Below are positions 12,750-24,710 of a DNA stretch of 64,000 nucleotides, piece by piece (position 1 is the stretch's first letter; every line of letters begins with the position of its first letter). The position numbers and the translations under genes were made by a program. A model generated the notes under the pieces. That model saw only the letters and a list, made by a program, of their open reading frames with translations. It did no database searches and had not been told where the DNA came from. Where the stretch lies: the NCBI RefSeq assembly GCF_009834535.1, contig NC_045697.1, forward strand, positions 102,984,001 through 103,048,000, given 5' to 3'. This DNA comes from Camelus ferus (taxonomy: Eukaryota).

Positions 12750-13680
12750 AGGGCAGTTCGGAGATGTTTAGTTCTTTGGCGGCAAAGAGGGTACAACTAC
12801 CCTCACTGCACCTTGTGACTAGGGACTGGCCAGGAACTGACCCTGATCAGGAGAAGAGGAAGGCTGCTCTCACACAACAGGGACATGAAGGGACACACGT
12901 GGAATCCAGGTGATCCACTTGGTGCCTCCTGGCGTTACCTAAACCTTTTATAACTGTAATCAGATATGTGCAGCAAACCTAGTCTAGGAAAGGTATGGTC
13001 GCCAGTTCAGATACCATCAGGAGAGCCACAAGCATCTGCTGCGGTGACAGCGGAGAGTGAGGGGAAATGGGAGCGGATGGTAGAGAAGGTTGAGGACGAG
13101 CCCCGCTGTGGTCCTGAGTCCCATCCCAGGGATGGAGGCTGCAGTTCAGCTCACTAACCTATTGCTTCTGTGTGTGCCCCAGAAGGAAAGGCTCATGGAA
13201 ACGGTGGAGGTGTTCCTTTTGAACCTTCGCGGAGACCTAGATCTGTGCAGCACAAGGGGTGACTGTTTCAGAATAAGAATTTGCTGCAGGGAACGTCATT
13301 GACGGACACCCCAGCTCCCGCCCCTCTGAACTCAGCACTGTGTCTGGGCTGAGGCAGCACTTCAGAGTCCATGAGCATGGGAATGCAGACCATTCACAGC
13401 CAGCGACCGAGCACAGTGGGCTAAGATGGGCCAGTTCTAGTGAGATACGGGACTCTTCCAACGGGTCACTCGGGTTAAGGGCTCCCCATCAGCCTGGCTG
13501 GACCTCCCTGGTCCTGCGCTGGAGTCTGGCAATCTTTCTTAGCATCCTTCCCTGCCTCCTTTCTTCCAGACCCACAGCACAACCTAAGGCTCTTCCTTCC
13601 TTCTCCTGCTCCCCTCCAAGTAAGCCTCTTTCACATTGACCTGGTATCTGTTTTTCAGTGGACCTAAACTACGCACAATG
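12750..13680 (+). mobile_element. ERVL-class internal 3' remnant plus LTR16-like LTR (LTR from ~13264)
   Basis: ERVL-like text ggaatccaggtgatccacttggtgcctcctgg, a polypurine-tract-like acaaggggtgac followed by TG, and a 3' end resembling LTR16 (tatctgtttttcagtggacctaaacta). Subfamily assigned from memory. Confidence 0.5.
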
Positions 13681-14964
13681 AAATAAATTTGATCAGAATT
13701 CCTGTCTTTGTAAGCAATGCCACAAGCAGCAAATATGACTGTGAAGCTGTTTGTGTCTGCATCCCACCTTAGTCTTCCTGACACATCTGGTCCTGTTGCA
13801 GATCTAGAAGTTACAGAAGAAAATTGCCACCACCCTAGTAAAATAACCTGAAGATGCCAGTATCCCAGCGATGAAACACCTTCTCGGATTCATACTAGTC
13901 AATGTATATATTGCAAGAGTAACTGGCTTATGTAATTATAGCCCAACATAGTATGGTAGCAATTTTAAAATACATTTAAAATGCTCTTACATGTGCCTAA
14001 ATTTCTGATTATTTACACTTTTCAGAATTACTGATCACACCAAAATGGGAATATGATGCAAAGTACCTCAGAGAAAACCCAAAATAATTATTTTATTATT
14101 CTTTTCTAAATATCATAACAAAACTAAACCCTTTGGTAATCAAAATCACAAGGAGAAAGAAAAGAATCATAAGAGCCAAGAAAATATAAGTAATGAAAAA
14201 GACAGCAAAAGAGATAAAGATAACTAGGAGAATCCAGACCCTCCTAAAGGGAACAAAAAAATCAGAAAGAAGTATAAAGTTGTGTGTCACTTATATCTCA
14301 GTTTAAAAAAAAAGAAAGAAATCCAGCAAAATTTTCAGTGGTTCTTCCTTTTTTTTTTTTTTAATTTCTCTAAATAACCAGTGGTTCTTTCTTGAAGCAC
14401 CTCAAGATGGTCATTGAAAACTGCAAACATAGAGAACCTGATTTTTTAACGCATTTGTAAAAAGTCAGCGGTTTGTAGTTAACTGAGGACGGGTGTACAC
14501 AGAAGATTGGAAGTGGCAGCTGTTTCCTGTTTCTTCAGAACGGGCTGCAGGTGATTTAATTCCAAATCACAGATGATTTCAGACTTGGAACAACTCCCAG
14601 AGATCATCTTATCTATTTCCTCTCTTACACACACACGAGCTGAGAACCAAGAAATTAACCAAGTTAAATGACTTGTCTGAGGTGACGTAAACTTAGTTAC
14701 AGAATTGTCACTAGCATTTAAGTTCCTTGATTCTCAGCCTTGAGTACTTTCTAGTAAATCAGAGGGGAAAAAAAATCTGATTTTTTTTTTCACTAAGTGC
14801 CTGTACCCCCAGCAAACCACAAGGTACTCCTAATAAACGAACAAAATTGTTTGCCCAAAATATTTCTTTAAGAGAAGAGCCATGAAAACGTAAATATGCT
14901 TGGGGGTAAAGAATAGTGTAACTGGAGTGTGAGGCTGACTAAGGAGACATGAGAGAGAAGACAT

Positions 14965-15632
14965 AGTGTGATTCTCAAGGCGTGGTCTGGGGACCTGGAC
15001 ACTTTTAAAGCATCTGTGAGGTCAAAGCTCTTCACCATTCACACTGAGATGTTATTTCTCTTTTCACCCTCCTCCTTTCCAAGTATACAGTGGAGTTTTT
15101 CAGAGGCTATATGACCTGGGATATCATAACAGATTGAATGCATAAGCAGCTAGGAGAATGCAGCCGTCTTCTATTAAATCAGACACTCAAGAGATTTATA
15201 AAAATGTGAAACAATGCCAATCTCTTCACTAATTTTTTTATTCATAAAATATGGTATTTATGTTAACGTGCAATGAGTTTGTTATTATTTTTAAATATGT
15301 AAGTAAATGTTTTTAAAGTTCCTTCAGTCTTGCCTTCCAACACAAGGGGCGGGAATAGAGTGTGTGCTCAGTGGTAGAGTGTGTGCTTAGCATGCACGAG
15401 GTCCTGGGTTCAATCCCCAGTACCTCCATTAAAAAAAAAATTAAAAAATTCAATAAATAAACCTAATTACCTCCCCCTACAAGAAATGAACAAAACAAAA
15501 AAAAATTTTTTAACTGACTTCCAATACAGTAAATAGTGGTAGATGTTGCCCTTATAAATGAAAGCTCTCTGGGGTTCTGAAGACTTTTTAAGCATGAAAA
15601 GGGATCCTGAGAGAAAAGATGGAGAACGGCTG
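14965..15632. mobile_element. hAT-Charlie-type DNA transposon fossil
   Basis: Charlie-like ends (ttctcaaggcgtggtc...gagaacggctg) and internal text cagtggagtttttcagaggctatatgac...ttgaatgcataagcag. Confidence 0.62.
15346..15510 (+). mobile_element. tRNA-Ala-derived SINE (vic-1-like) inserted in a hAT element
   Basis: gctcagtggtagagtgtgtgcttagcatgcacgaggtcctgggttcaatccccagtacctcc plus tail; degraded TSD cttccaa(c/t)aca on both sides. Confidence 0.87.
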
Positions 15633-15639
15633 TTACAGA

Positions 15640-16300
15640 GGATTTCTGAAACTGTGCGGAAGGGCTTGCCTTTCAGTCACAGGCAGCGGCTTACCACTGA
15701 AGAGTTTTGAACAGGGAGGTGTAAGGTGGGAGTGAGGATTTGGGGAACTTACTTGATTTATTTGTGGGTAGAAGGACCATAAAGTGGAGAGATGAAGACA
15801 AGACAAACTGGAGGCTGTAAAAATGCAGTTGAGCAGCAGTGAGATGCTGGGAGTAGGTGGGAGAAACAGGCAAAAATGTCCAGCAGTAGAATCCATGCGA
15901 GAGACAACTGGAGGGACTCAAGGGGCACTGGGGAGGAAGATGACCAGCGTGGCCATTGTTGACTGAGAGAGTGGTGGTACCATTAACAGAAATAAGGACG
16001 TGGGGAGGAAGATGTGTTTTCAGGTGGTGTGAGTTTAAGCTTTGATATGTTAACCTTGAGGTAAAATCGTGAATCAGACAAGCAGATAGTTGGGGATGTG
16101 GAATTGGAGTTTGAGAGAGATTAGTCCAGGTTGGACATGTGGAGTTGAGTGGTATCTGAGATTGTGAAGACATTCCCCAAGGAGGCACTGGGATAGAGAC
16201 AGAGAGAGAAAGAGATTGGGAACAGAAGACCCAGAGGGATAGCAATAGGGTGGGGGAAGCTCAGATCATAAAAGCAGAGGAAAAACTTAGATTTTTGGAT
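15640..16300. mobile_element. L2 LINE fragment (others at ~22050-22500, 25400-25980, 32400-33540, 33780-34140, 43600-44400, 51280-52230)
   Basis: Purine-rich L2-type text (gtggtaccattaacagaaataagg...gagtttaagctttgatatgttaaccttgagg) and L2 3' ends such as cattcattcattcaaca. Confidence 0.6.
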
Positions 16301-18769
16301 TTTGCAATGTCTCAGAAGCCACGAAGGGAGTGTTTCTTAGGAGAAAATAAAAGGGGGGGGGGAGAGTGAATGGCCCCCAGAAGCCCACGCTAAGAGAATT
16401 TCTGTGATTAAGAGATGTCTCAGGAAACTTCACATGTCATTTTATTGGAGTGGTGCTTGCAAGTCAGATCTCAGAGGGCCAAGGAATGATGTGGGCTGAG
16501 AAAATCTAAAAGGAAGCAAGAGAACAGAGTGAGAGAAGATGGCAGCCTGCTCAGAGAATGGAGGATCTCTCTGAGGATGAAGATATTTAGAGAAAGAGCA
16601 GAGATCCCAGATACTCTGGAGTCAGAAAGAGGTAGTCTGAAAAAGAGGAAAAAGATTGAATAGTGCCTAGAAAATGAGTGGCTAGAATGGGGAAAAAAGA
16701 CTGTGTGACAGTGTCAAAGGCAGCAGAAGTCTTAGGGATACCTGGACTGGGGGAGATCACAGTGCATGCCCTGATTCTATTCCCGCTGATAACAAAAACA
16801 AAACACAAAAAGCTTGTAGATATAGAAAACTTCTGGAGCTTTTACAGTAGTAAACTTTCAAGAGCAGCTTCCTCTGACAAGTAGGACTTGGGGAGACTTT
16901 ATTTTTGCATATTCTTCTGTATAATTGGAAAATTTTCAGTTTCTTTAATCATGAGTTTATATTTCTTTTATAATTAAAAATATTCATAATTTTTAACAAA
17001 CTGTGTCAAAGCCACAATTTTAAACAATCTATCCCTGAAAAATAAGAAGGAAAAGAAGATATCTCTCACTTAGTACTCTATATATTTCTATTATAGAATT
17101 TCAAATGTGCATAACTTCTTCTATAATTTAAAAATTTTAAGACTTTCAAAATATTGTCACAAGGAGGAAAAACAAATAGTTGAGGCTGCATTCTGTGATG
17201 CTCAGCATTTAGTTCTGGACCCGAGGATATAAAGTCCCTGTCCTTGGAGCTTTAAGAGATAGGACAGAAGACAAAATAGCGTCTAAGTTCTAACCCAGTG
17301 TATAGTGAAAACATCATGGCACAAATTATAACGCCATTGGAACTGATAAGAAAAGAGTAATTTGACACTTTCAGGAACAGCGTCAGTGGGCTATGGGGGA
17401 CATCAGGTTTGAGGAATTAAGAAAAGATGGGTGATGGTGAAAAGGAGGCATCAAGGGTAGACCACTCAACTGAAATCACTGCTGGAACAAAAAGCCCTTT
17501 ACAGTGAAGTCATTAGGAGTGTGTGCTCTGAGGCCAGGATGCGTGGATATGAATCCTGGCTTCACCTCTTCATGTTGGATAGTCTCGGGCAAGTCACTTA
17601 ACCTTAAATGGGGATAACTGCCACATAAAGTCTCATGAGAATTAATTGTGATGCTGCATGTAAAACATTTAGCTGAGTGCCTGGCATATGGTCAGCACTC
17701 AATAAATATTGGTTATTTTTACTCATCAGATTACATCTGTATCTATTATCAAACATAAATGTAGTAACCTTGGGCCTCTAAGAATTTGAGAATAGTTCCT
17801 GGGAAGATATTGCTTCATTGTACAGGAGGATTTAAAAGACCCACTAAGCTATGAAAATGTGAGACAGACAGGCCATCCTCGGCGTGAAAGTTTGTGTGTA
17901 GGTGTAAGTATGTAAAATGGGTGTGTTTGTTGCTTAGCAACATGTGCTTTCCCCCTTTTTACATGCAATGGGGAGATCCCTTGTTGGGCTGTGCCCAGGT
18001 GGTCCCATGCAGGCAAAGGTGCACCCGGGGGTGAGCCCGGCCCCATGGGGAAGACTTACTCCAGCACAACAGGAGGCTGGGTCTGCTTTCTTCTCCAGCG
18101 TGGCCACTTGGCACTGTGCGAAGCCTTAGGGGGAAATGGCTGAGTGTGAGTGTGATCTAAAAGAGCATCCTCAGAGCTCAAGGGGACACTGCCCAGGTGA
18201 TGGGAAGAAAAGGGCTGAATCAATAGCAGTATTGTAACCACCGTGAACAAATTTCCTGCTGTCAGAACATGCACGACCCCCTGTAACCTCACGTGGCAGA
18301 GACCCAAGCCCTGGCGTCAGTGGACTGTTCACCCTTCCTGGTTTTCTCTCCCTTCCTGGCTTTTTGCAACAGGACCAGTCTTTTTTTGAACTGAGTTCCT
18401 AGTGTTCCTACCCAAGTAGGTTGGTTGGGGGAAGCCTTGGGAAATAAAGAGACTTCCTGTCACTGAGGGCTGGTGGGCACCCGAGCAATAAACTGAACAA
18501 AGAAAAGTGAGGTGATCGTGTTCGCCCTCCAAGCTAGTAACGTGGATCATTCCAGATACCCCACTGACATGGATTTCTATAAAGTGAGTCATTTCCCTCA
18601 CCGTCTTTCTCAAAATTTCTTAAGTGTATTCCCGTAACACCTGCAGTTAAGCCCAATGTTTCTGGGAATATAAGAAGCAAAGCATATAACCTATCACTGA
18701 GAAAAACAGCCTTGGAGGGGAGTAATGAGAGCTTTGAGAACAGGAAATCTGCATGTAGGAGTCTGGTTC

Positions 18770-18775
18770 TTTTTA

Positions 18776-18826
<51 letters not shown>

Positions 18827-18975
18827 AGTATAGTCAGTTTACAGTGTTGTGTCAATTTCTGGTGTACAGCACAATGCTTCAGTCATACATGAACATACAT
18901 ATGTTCCTTTTCATATCCTTTTTCTTTGTAGGTTACTACAAGATATTGAGTACAGTTCCCTGTGCTGTACAGCAT
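18770..18975 (-). mobile_element. L1 3' end whose tail has become (TTA)n
   Basis: (TTA)n at ~18778-18824 followed by the same L1 3' terminal sequence. Confidence 0.85.
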
Positions 18976-19860
18976 TAGTCGGTTCTGCTGCTTCTTCCTT
19001 ACATCCCAGCATGCTGTCTGTTTGAGACCAGCTCACAGGACATTTGCAGGATCCCCTAGGTTGGCTGTTCCGTGAAAGCAAGAGTTCCACGTTGCTTATT
19101 GACCTATAAGAGGGCCAGATAGAAGCTCAGTAAATATTTATTAAACAAGCAAATGAATCTACTGAGCTAACGGACATGAAAGTATCCAAACACGACTATG
19201 GAGGATTGAAGATTGATGAGGGTTCATTTCTGTCCATTGAAAACACTCGTTGGGAGGGAGAAGTTCCTCAGAAAGGATTGGTGGGAGGAAGGAACACATT
19301 AATACAAATACACCAGGGAGAAAGCTTGTGTGATGGAGGGCTTCCATCTAGGTCCCTCTGAGCTAAATTGAGCCAAAGAACATTTGTTTGCTGATAAGTG
19401 TCCCTACCAAGAGGAAATAGAGAGCTTCAAAGAAGGGAAAGTAAATCTCAATTTTCTGGGCCCGATGCCAGATATTACAGCACATTAAAGATGACAGACA
19501 AAGGAGACAACACCTTAAGACCTATTCCAGATTGTATATTTTCCTCCCTTTGTGGGTTAGCCGGCGTTGAGCAATGTGTGTCCAGGAAGTAATAGAGTAG
19601 GTGGGGAAAGATGTTTTCAGCGTTCTCTCTGTAATTTTAGGAACCACACTGTCAGGGAGGCTTGAGGTCTAAGTCATGTTATGATGTCTAGACTATGTGA
19701 GAAGAAGTGGGACGACGGTAAGATGTTACTTATCCAAGGATGATTGGGGCTGGACTGGACGTGCGTTAATGATTTGATTTCCCCCAGAGTGACTGAAAAG
19801 GTCAGGGTAGCCTCTACTCTCTGGGAAAGAAGAATATTTTATCATTGATTTAAAAAAATG

Positions 19861-20070
19861 AGGGGGCGTGTATAACTCAATGGTAGAGAGCATGCTTAGC
19901 ATGCCGGAGGTCCTGGGTTTAAACCCCAGTACCTCCATAGAAGAAAAAAAAAGACACAGAATGTGAGAATGAATATATGTATGCTCATGTATGACTGAAG
20001 CACTGTGCCGTACACCAGAAATTGATACAATATTGTTTAAACTGACTATACTTCAATAAAAATGCATATA
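19861..20070 (+). mobile_element. SINE head fused to an L1 3' end (chimeric retro-insertion)
   Basis: SINE head ~19862-19937, a short A-run, then the L1 3'-terminal sequence (~19960-20060) in the same orientation; flanked by an identical 11-nt ttaaaaaaatg. Confidence 0.8.
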
Positions 20071-21109
20071 TTAAAAAAATGTTACCTTGTTAGGAAACTA
20101 TTTTTGCAGGTTTTCTGGGACTTTGTACCATATTTTTTCCTTATGCAAATATTGAGAATAATCTAGTAAATCATTTGTGTCTTGCTGCCTGTAACATGGG
20201 GAATACATTTTGAAAAAATGTAGAATTTTGAAAAGGCCTAGGGTTTCTCTGGCCTGAAAAGTTTACACCTAATTCACACAAAAGGGGAAGGCTGTCTGCA
20301 AAAGTGAGAATTTCAAAGCATGTGAGTTTGAGAGACTGAAAGAACTACAGGCTCCAGAAATCTTGAGTGGAAAAACAAACACATTTAGAAAATTTACTCA
20401 TGCAGGGCTGGGGTTCTCACTACTGTAAAAGTAGAGGTAAAATCTAGCAGCAACAACGTTTTACAATTTCCCTGCATTTCCTTGTTGTGAAAGGATCATT
20501 TAAATGTGTGAAAAGCAATTTTGCCAAAAGAATAAACCAGCAGAGAGACTGTTTTACAGAATTACCATTATTGACATTAAGGAAACATAAATAGAATAAA
20601 GTCAACTAAATTAGAGCATGTATTTGTCATATTTTTCAGGTTTGATTCTGTGTATTACTTTATTATAAGTGTTTCACTATAAACAATATATTGACTATTT
20701 AACAACAGAGACCTAGGGCCCAACTATTGAGTCTTCTATCTGAATTTAAAGTAACACTTGGGAAATTACTTCATAGACAAATACGTATTGAGTACCTGTT
20801 AGGTGGCAGATGCTGTCCTAGGTCTTTTGAACACATTGCTGAGTAACACCCAGGCACTTGCCTTGTAGCAGCTCATAATCTGGGGAGGAGATGCTCAAAC
20901 AAAACTGACTCATAAAATAGGTAACAGTGAGCTCTTACCAAGCGCCAGCCAGCACTAAGCACAATTCTCACAATCTGATGTTGGAGGACTTATGAATCCA
21001 TTTCATAGATGAAGAAGCAAAGAGTGTGAGTTTCTTGCCCAAGTCCACATGGCTAATCTGGCTCCAGAGCCCTTGAAGTACTCCACTTACGTGTGGTATA
21101 TACAACAAT

Positions 21110-21210
21110 GGACATGCAAATGGTACACATGCAAATGGTGTACACGCGAATGGTGGACATGCAAATGATGCACACGCAAATGGTGGACATGCAAATGAAG
21201 GACACACAAA
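21110..21210. repeat. 15-bp minisatellite, ~6.7 units, consensus ggacatgcaaatggt
   Basis: Units start at 21110, 21125, 21140, 21155, 21170, 21185 and 21200 (partial). Confidence 0.92.
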
Positions 21211-21504
21211 CAGTATTATAAAAAACACAGACATACGGCTTTGGACTGGGGTGGAGTTAACAATGAGGGAAATCTTCCTAGAGGAAGTCAGTGCAGAAGG
21301 AGGCCTTAAATGATAAATGAGCATAAAGATGATGATTGAGGTGAGGTGAGGTAGGCAGAAGCCAGCTCATGGAGAGGTCTCTGTACCTTCCTAAGGAGCC
21401 TGGGCTTTTCTCTGTTTTCAGGGAGATTCTACAGAAAGGCTGTGAGCTGAGAAACAACATGGCCAGGCTTACATTTACTTGCATCTCTCCCATGGTTTTT
21501 CAGA

Positions 21505-21700
21505 GCAGTGGATCTCAGACTTGGGCATGCGCACATGGGCAACAGCATCACAGGAGGGCTTTTAAAACATATGGCTGGGCCCCATGCCCTGTGTTTCTCA
21601 TCCCATAGGCTTGATGTGAGGCCCGAGAACTTGCATTTCCAACCAGTTCCAAGTGACGCTGCTGCGGCTGCAGGCACCGCATGTGGAGAACTCCACTGGC
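21505..21700. mobile_element. MER5A-like hAT MITE
   Basis: cagtggatctcagactt...ttgcatttccaaccagttccaagtgacgctgctgc...gagaactccactg. A similar, more decayed copy lies at ~62440-62590. Confidence 0.7.
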
Positions 21701-22539
21701 ATTTTGGAGGATGTATTTGAAGGGGGCAAGGCTAGAGACCACTTAAGAGGCTGATATCAGTCATTTTGGAAATTTGGGAAATACGAAATATCAGGAATCC
21801 AGGAATTTAGGAAATAAAGTAAAATCTAGTTTTACTGTTATTATTTTCAACATAAAGCTTTCTGTGCAAATAATAAATGATTTCCAATTAAAAAAATCTA
21901 GACCTAGAGTCTAAGCTTTAAGAGAGCAGAGATTTTTGTCTAGTGTATTTAATTCGGTATTTCTACCACCTGGACTAGTCTGGCATGTAGCAAGTGCTCA
22001 AAAACATTCACTGAATAAACTAAGTGGATAATAGATTCAGGAAATACTCAGGAGATAAAATGAACATTCCCTGATGATATAGGGGTAAGACAGAAAAAAG
22101 ACTGACTCCCAGGTTCCTACCTTGGATGACTATGAGCGATGCCACGAGTAACGACAGATATTACAGGACGAAGGGCAGCTTTGGGGTGGAGATGGTGATC
22201 TGTTTTAGATATGTTGCATTTGAAGAATGTGTGAGAGTTCCAGGAGAATAAAATCATTAGACAGTGGGATGTGTGAATCCAAAGCCCAGAGAGTGAGAGC
22301 TCTGGGCCGGAGATACCAGTTTGGAACCCACTGGCAGGTGGATATTTGGGATGTAGTCATATATTGCTGAATGAAATTGCTCAAGGGGAGCAGGTGGAGG
22401 GAGAAGAGTGAAGCATCACGTTTTATGGATCAGATCAAGAAGAGGGAGCACGGGAAAGACGGACAAAGGAGATGGTCGGAGACGTAGAAGAGAACTGGGG
22501 GAGTGCACTGTCATGGGAGCCAAGGGATTTTGTTGTTTG

Positions 22540-24710
22540 GTTGTTTTACTTTTTATTATATAAAATTTTAAACATAAAAAAAGAGTGGAAAGAATAACAC
22601 AGTGATTTCTCATATAGCCGTCAATAATGGCCAACTCACAGCCACTTTTATTTTACTTGCATCTCCACCCTCTCCCTCCTGCCAACTAAACCATATTATT
22701 TTTTAAACAAATAATAGGCATCATATTAGTTTATTAGCAAATGTTTCACTATACTTCTCTAAAAGATAAGACCTCTTTCAAAAAATAGCCCAGTAATACC
22801 ATTATCTCACTGAAGACCATCAATTTCATAACGTCATCAAATTTTCAGTCAATATCCAAAATTCCTCAACTGTCTTATAATTTTTTTTTGGTTTTACAAT
22901 TTTTTTTAATTGAAGCAAGAGACAAATAAAGTCCAAACAATGCAATTAGTTGATATATCTCTTAGCTCTCTTTAATCTACAAGTGTCCACTCTACTCCCC
23001 TAATTTTTTCCTTGGCTGCTTATTATTTATTGAACAAACTGGGTCCTGTAGAATTCTCCACATTCTAGATTTTGCTGAATGTGTTCTCATTGTGTCATTA
23101 AATATATTCTTTTATCTACTTTATTTCCTGTGTATTGGTAATTTAGATCTAGAGGTGAGGCTTGACTAATTTAGGTTCCATCTTTTGACAGGAATAGCTT
23201 TATAGGCGGTCTTGTGCATTTCTGGTTCTCTATCTCTTTTTGTGACGGAGCAATCACTGATGATCATTATCTAGATAACATTATTTCATCAGGGATTACC
23301 AAAAAATTCTGATTCTATCTTTTTTTTCATGTATTCCTTTTTTTCCATTTATTAATTGAAATACTTTTATAAAGAGAAACTTTCCCACGTCTACTACATG
23401 ACCACCCTGTGGTCTGGTTATACGAGAAAGGCAGAAAAGAATGCTTCATCTTTTCTTTTTATTCACCATTTTTCAATATAATAATGTGATTCCCTAGCAT
23501 TTCATGGGGAATGCTTTCAAAGTATTATTACATCATTTATTTAAATATTTTACATGTTTCAATGTATTGCAGTTATGATTAATGTACAAATTGCCCCATC
23601 TTTGGCCCATAGGGACTTTAAAAATTTGGTTCCTGAGTTTTCTGAAATAACTCCGGTAGCAATTGCTAGCTTTCTTGCATTCTGGTATGACAAAATGTTT
23701 TATTGTCATTTCATACATTTGTTGTTCCAGATCTAGATTCAGTTATTGCTCAAAAAAGAGAAAAAACTTTTAAGGGGTAATGGTATCCAAAGACCACAAT
23801 CTGGGTGCTGAAGATGCTCATTGCTGTTGCATTTGGTAATTATTTTTAGGACTTCTTCCTCAAAAAAGCCAGGGAATATGTATTTTTAGACAAAATGCAC
23901 CATGAGTTCAGATTGATAATCCCATTTCTAAACTCGATTAAGCATCTTTAATTAAATTAGTATTTGTATTGCTTTTCTCTTACACTGAAAATCTTGGTTT
24001 GCAACAATGTTAAAACAATTACTTTTTAAATATATTTTATGATAATTCCAGAATAAAACTGCCCAATATTATTACTAATAACATGACTACTGAAAATAGC
24101 TGAAGATTTTGTTTAGCTCTTTTTGTCCTTAAATTATATCCCAATAAGGATATACAATCCAATTGCTATATTTTTTGTCATTTGAAATAATTCACCTCTG
24201 TGTGTTTATGTTATAGTCCTGATTTATAGTTAGGTTCATTTGTTTCATTTTGATTTTAGTTCTTATTGATTCTTTTTAAAAATTACTTTTGCTTTGTAAC
24301 TTGGTAAAACATTTCCATGGTTCCAAAGTCAATTTTACAAATAGAGTATTTTCAGAGAAATCTAGCTTCCATCTCTGTTTTCTCCGATTTATCCTCTGTC
24401 TCCCTTATACGTAACTTAAAAAAAAAAGTTTTGGTTTATCCTTGTATTATTGCTTTGCTATGAGCAAATATAGATAGATAGATAGATATTCATATCTCTG
24501 TACTTTCTTGAAATAGATGATAATATACTATACATACTTTTCTCTACCTTACTCTTTCACTTCACAAAATAACCTGGCAATTATCCCCATGCAGCATATA
24601 GAAAATAGCCCTGATTCCTTATTACAGCTCCAAAGTATTCCATTATGCTAATTCAACTAGCCCTCTAGAAATGGATATTTGGGTTGTTTCCAGTCTTTTA
24701 CAAAGTCAAA
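22540..24710 (-). mobile_element. Old L1M (L1MC/L1ME-like) fragment
   Basis: Long AT-rich block with L1 3' motifs, ending ggatatttgggttgtttccagtc (minus strand WKQPKYP). Confidence 0.62.

Larger units (their letters stand above)
280..14290 (+). pseudogene. Candidate decayed multi-exon gene (unprocessed/unitary pseudogene), product unidentified
   Basis: Unique segments at 280-524, 1254-1598, ~2955-3336, 5782-6230, 6542-6743, 7109-7298, 8278-~8970, 11090-11386, 13802-13918 and 14026-~14290 have AG acceptors, mostly GT or near-GT donors, compatible phases between several neighbours and long frames with few stops. Transposons fall between them. No homolog recognised. Confidence 0.6.

Noticed and set aside
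14768..14790. A8-TC-T-GA-T10 palindrome
   Set aside because: Low-complexity homopolymer arms; no reason to think it functional.
18712..18978. Poly-Leu signal-peptide-like ORF
   Set aside because: Produced by the (TTA)n tail of an L1 fragment.
21110..21210. CRISPR-like repeat array
   Set aside because: Units are contiguous with no unique spacers, and the DNA is mammalian.
20968..21324. 118-aa minus-strand ORF with FACPP repeats
   Set aside because: Translation artefact of the 15-bp minisatellite.
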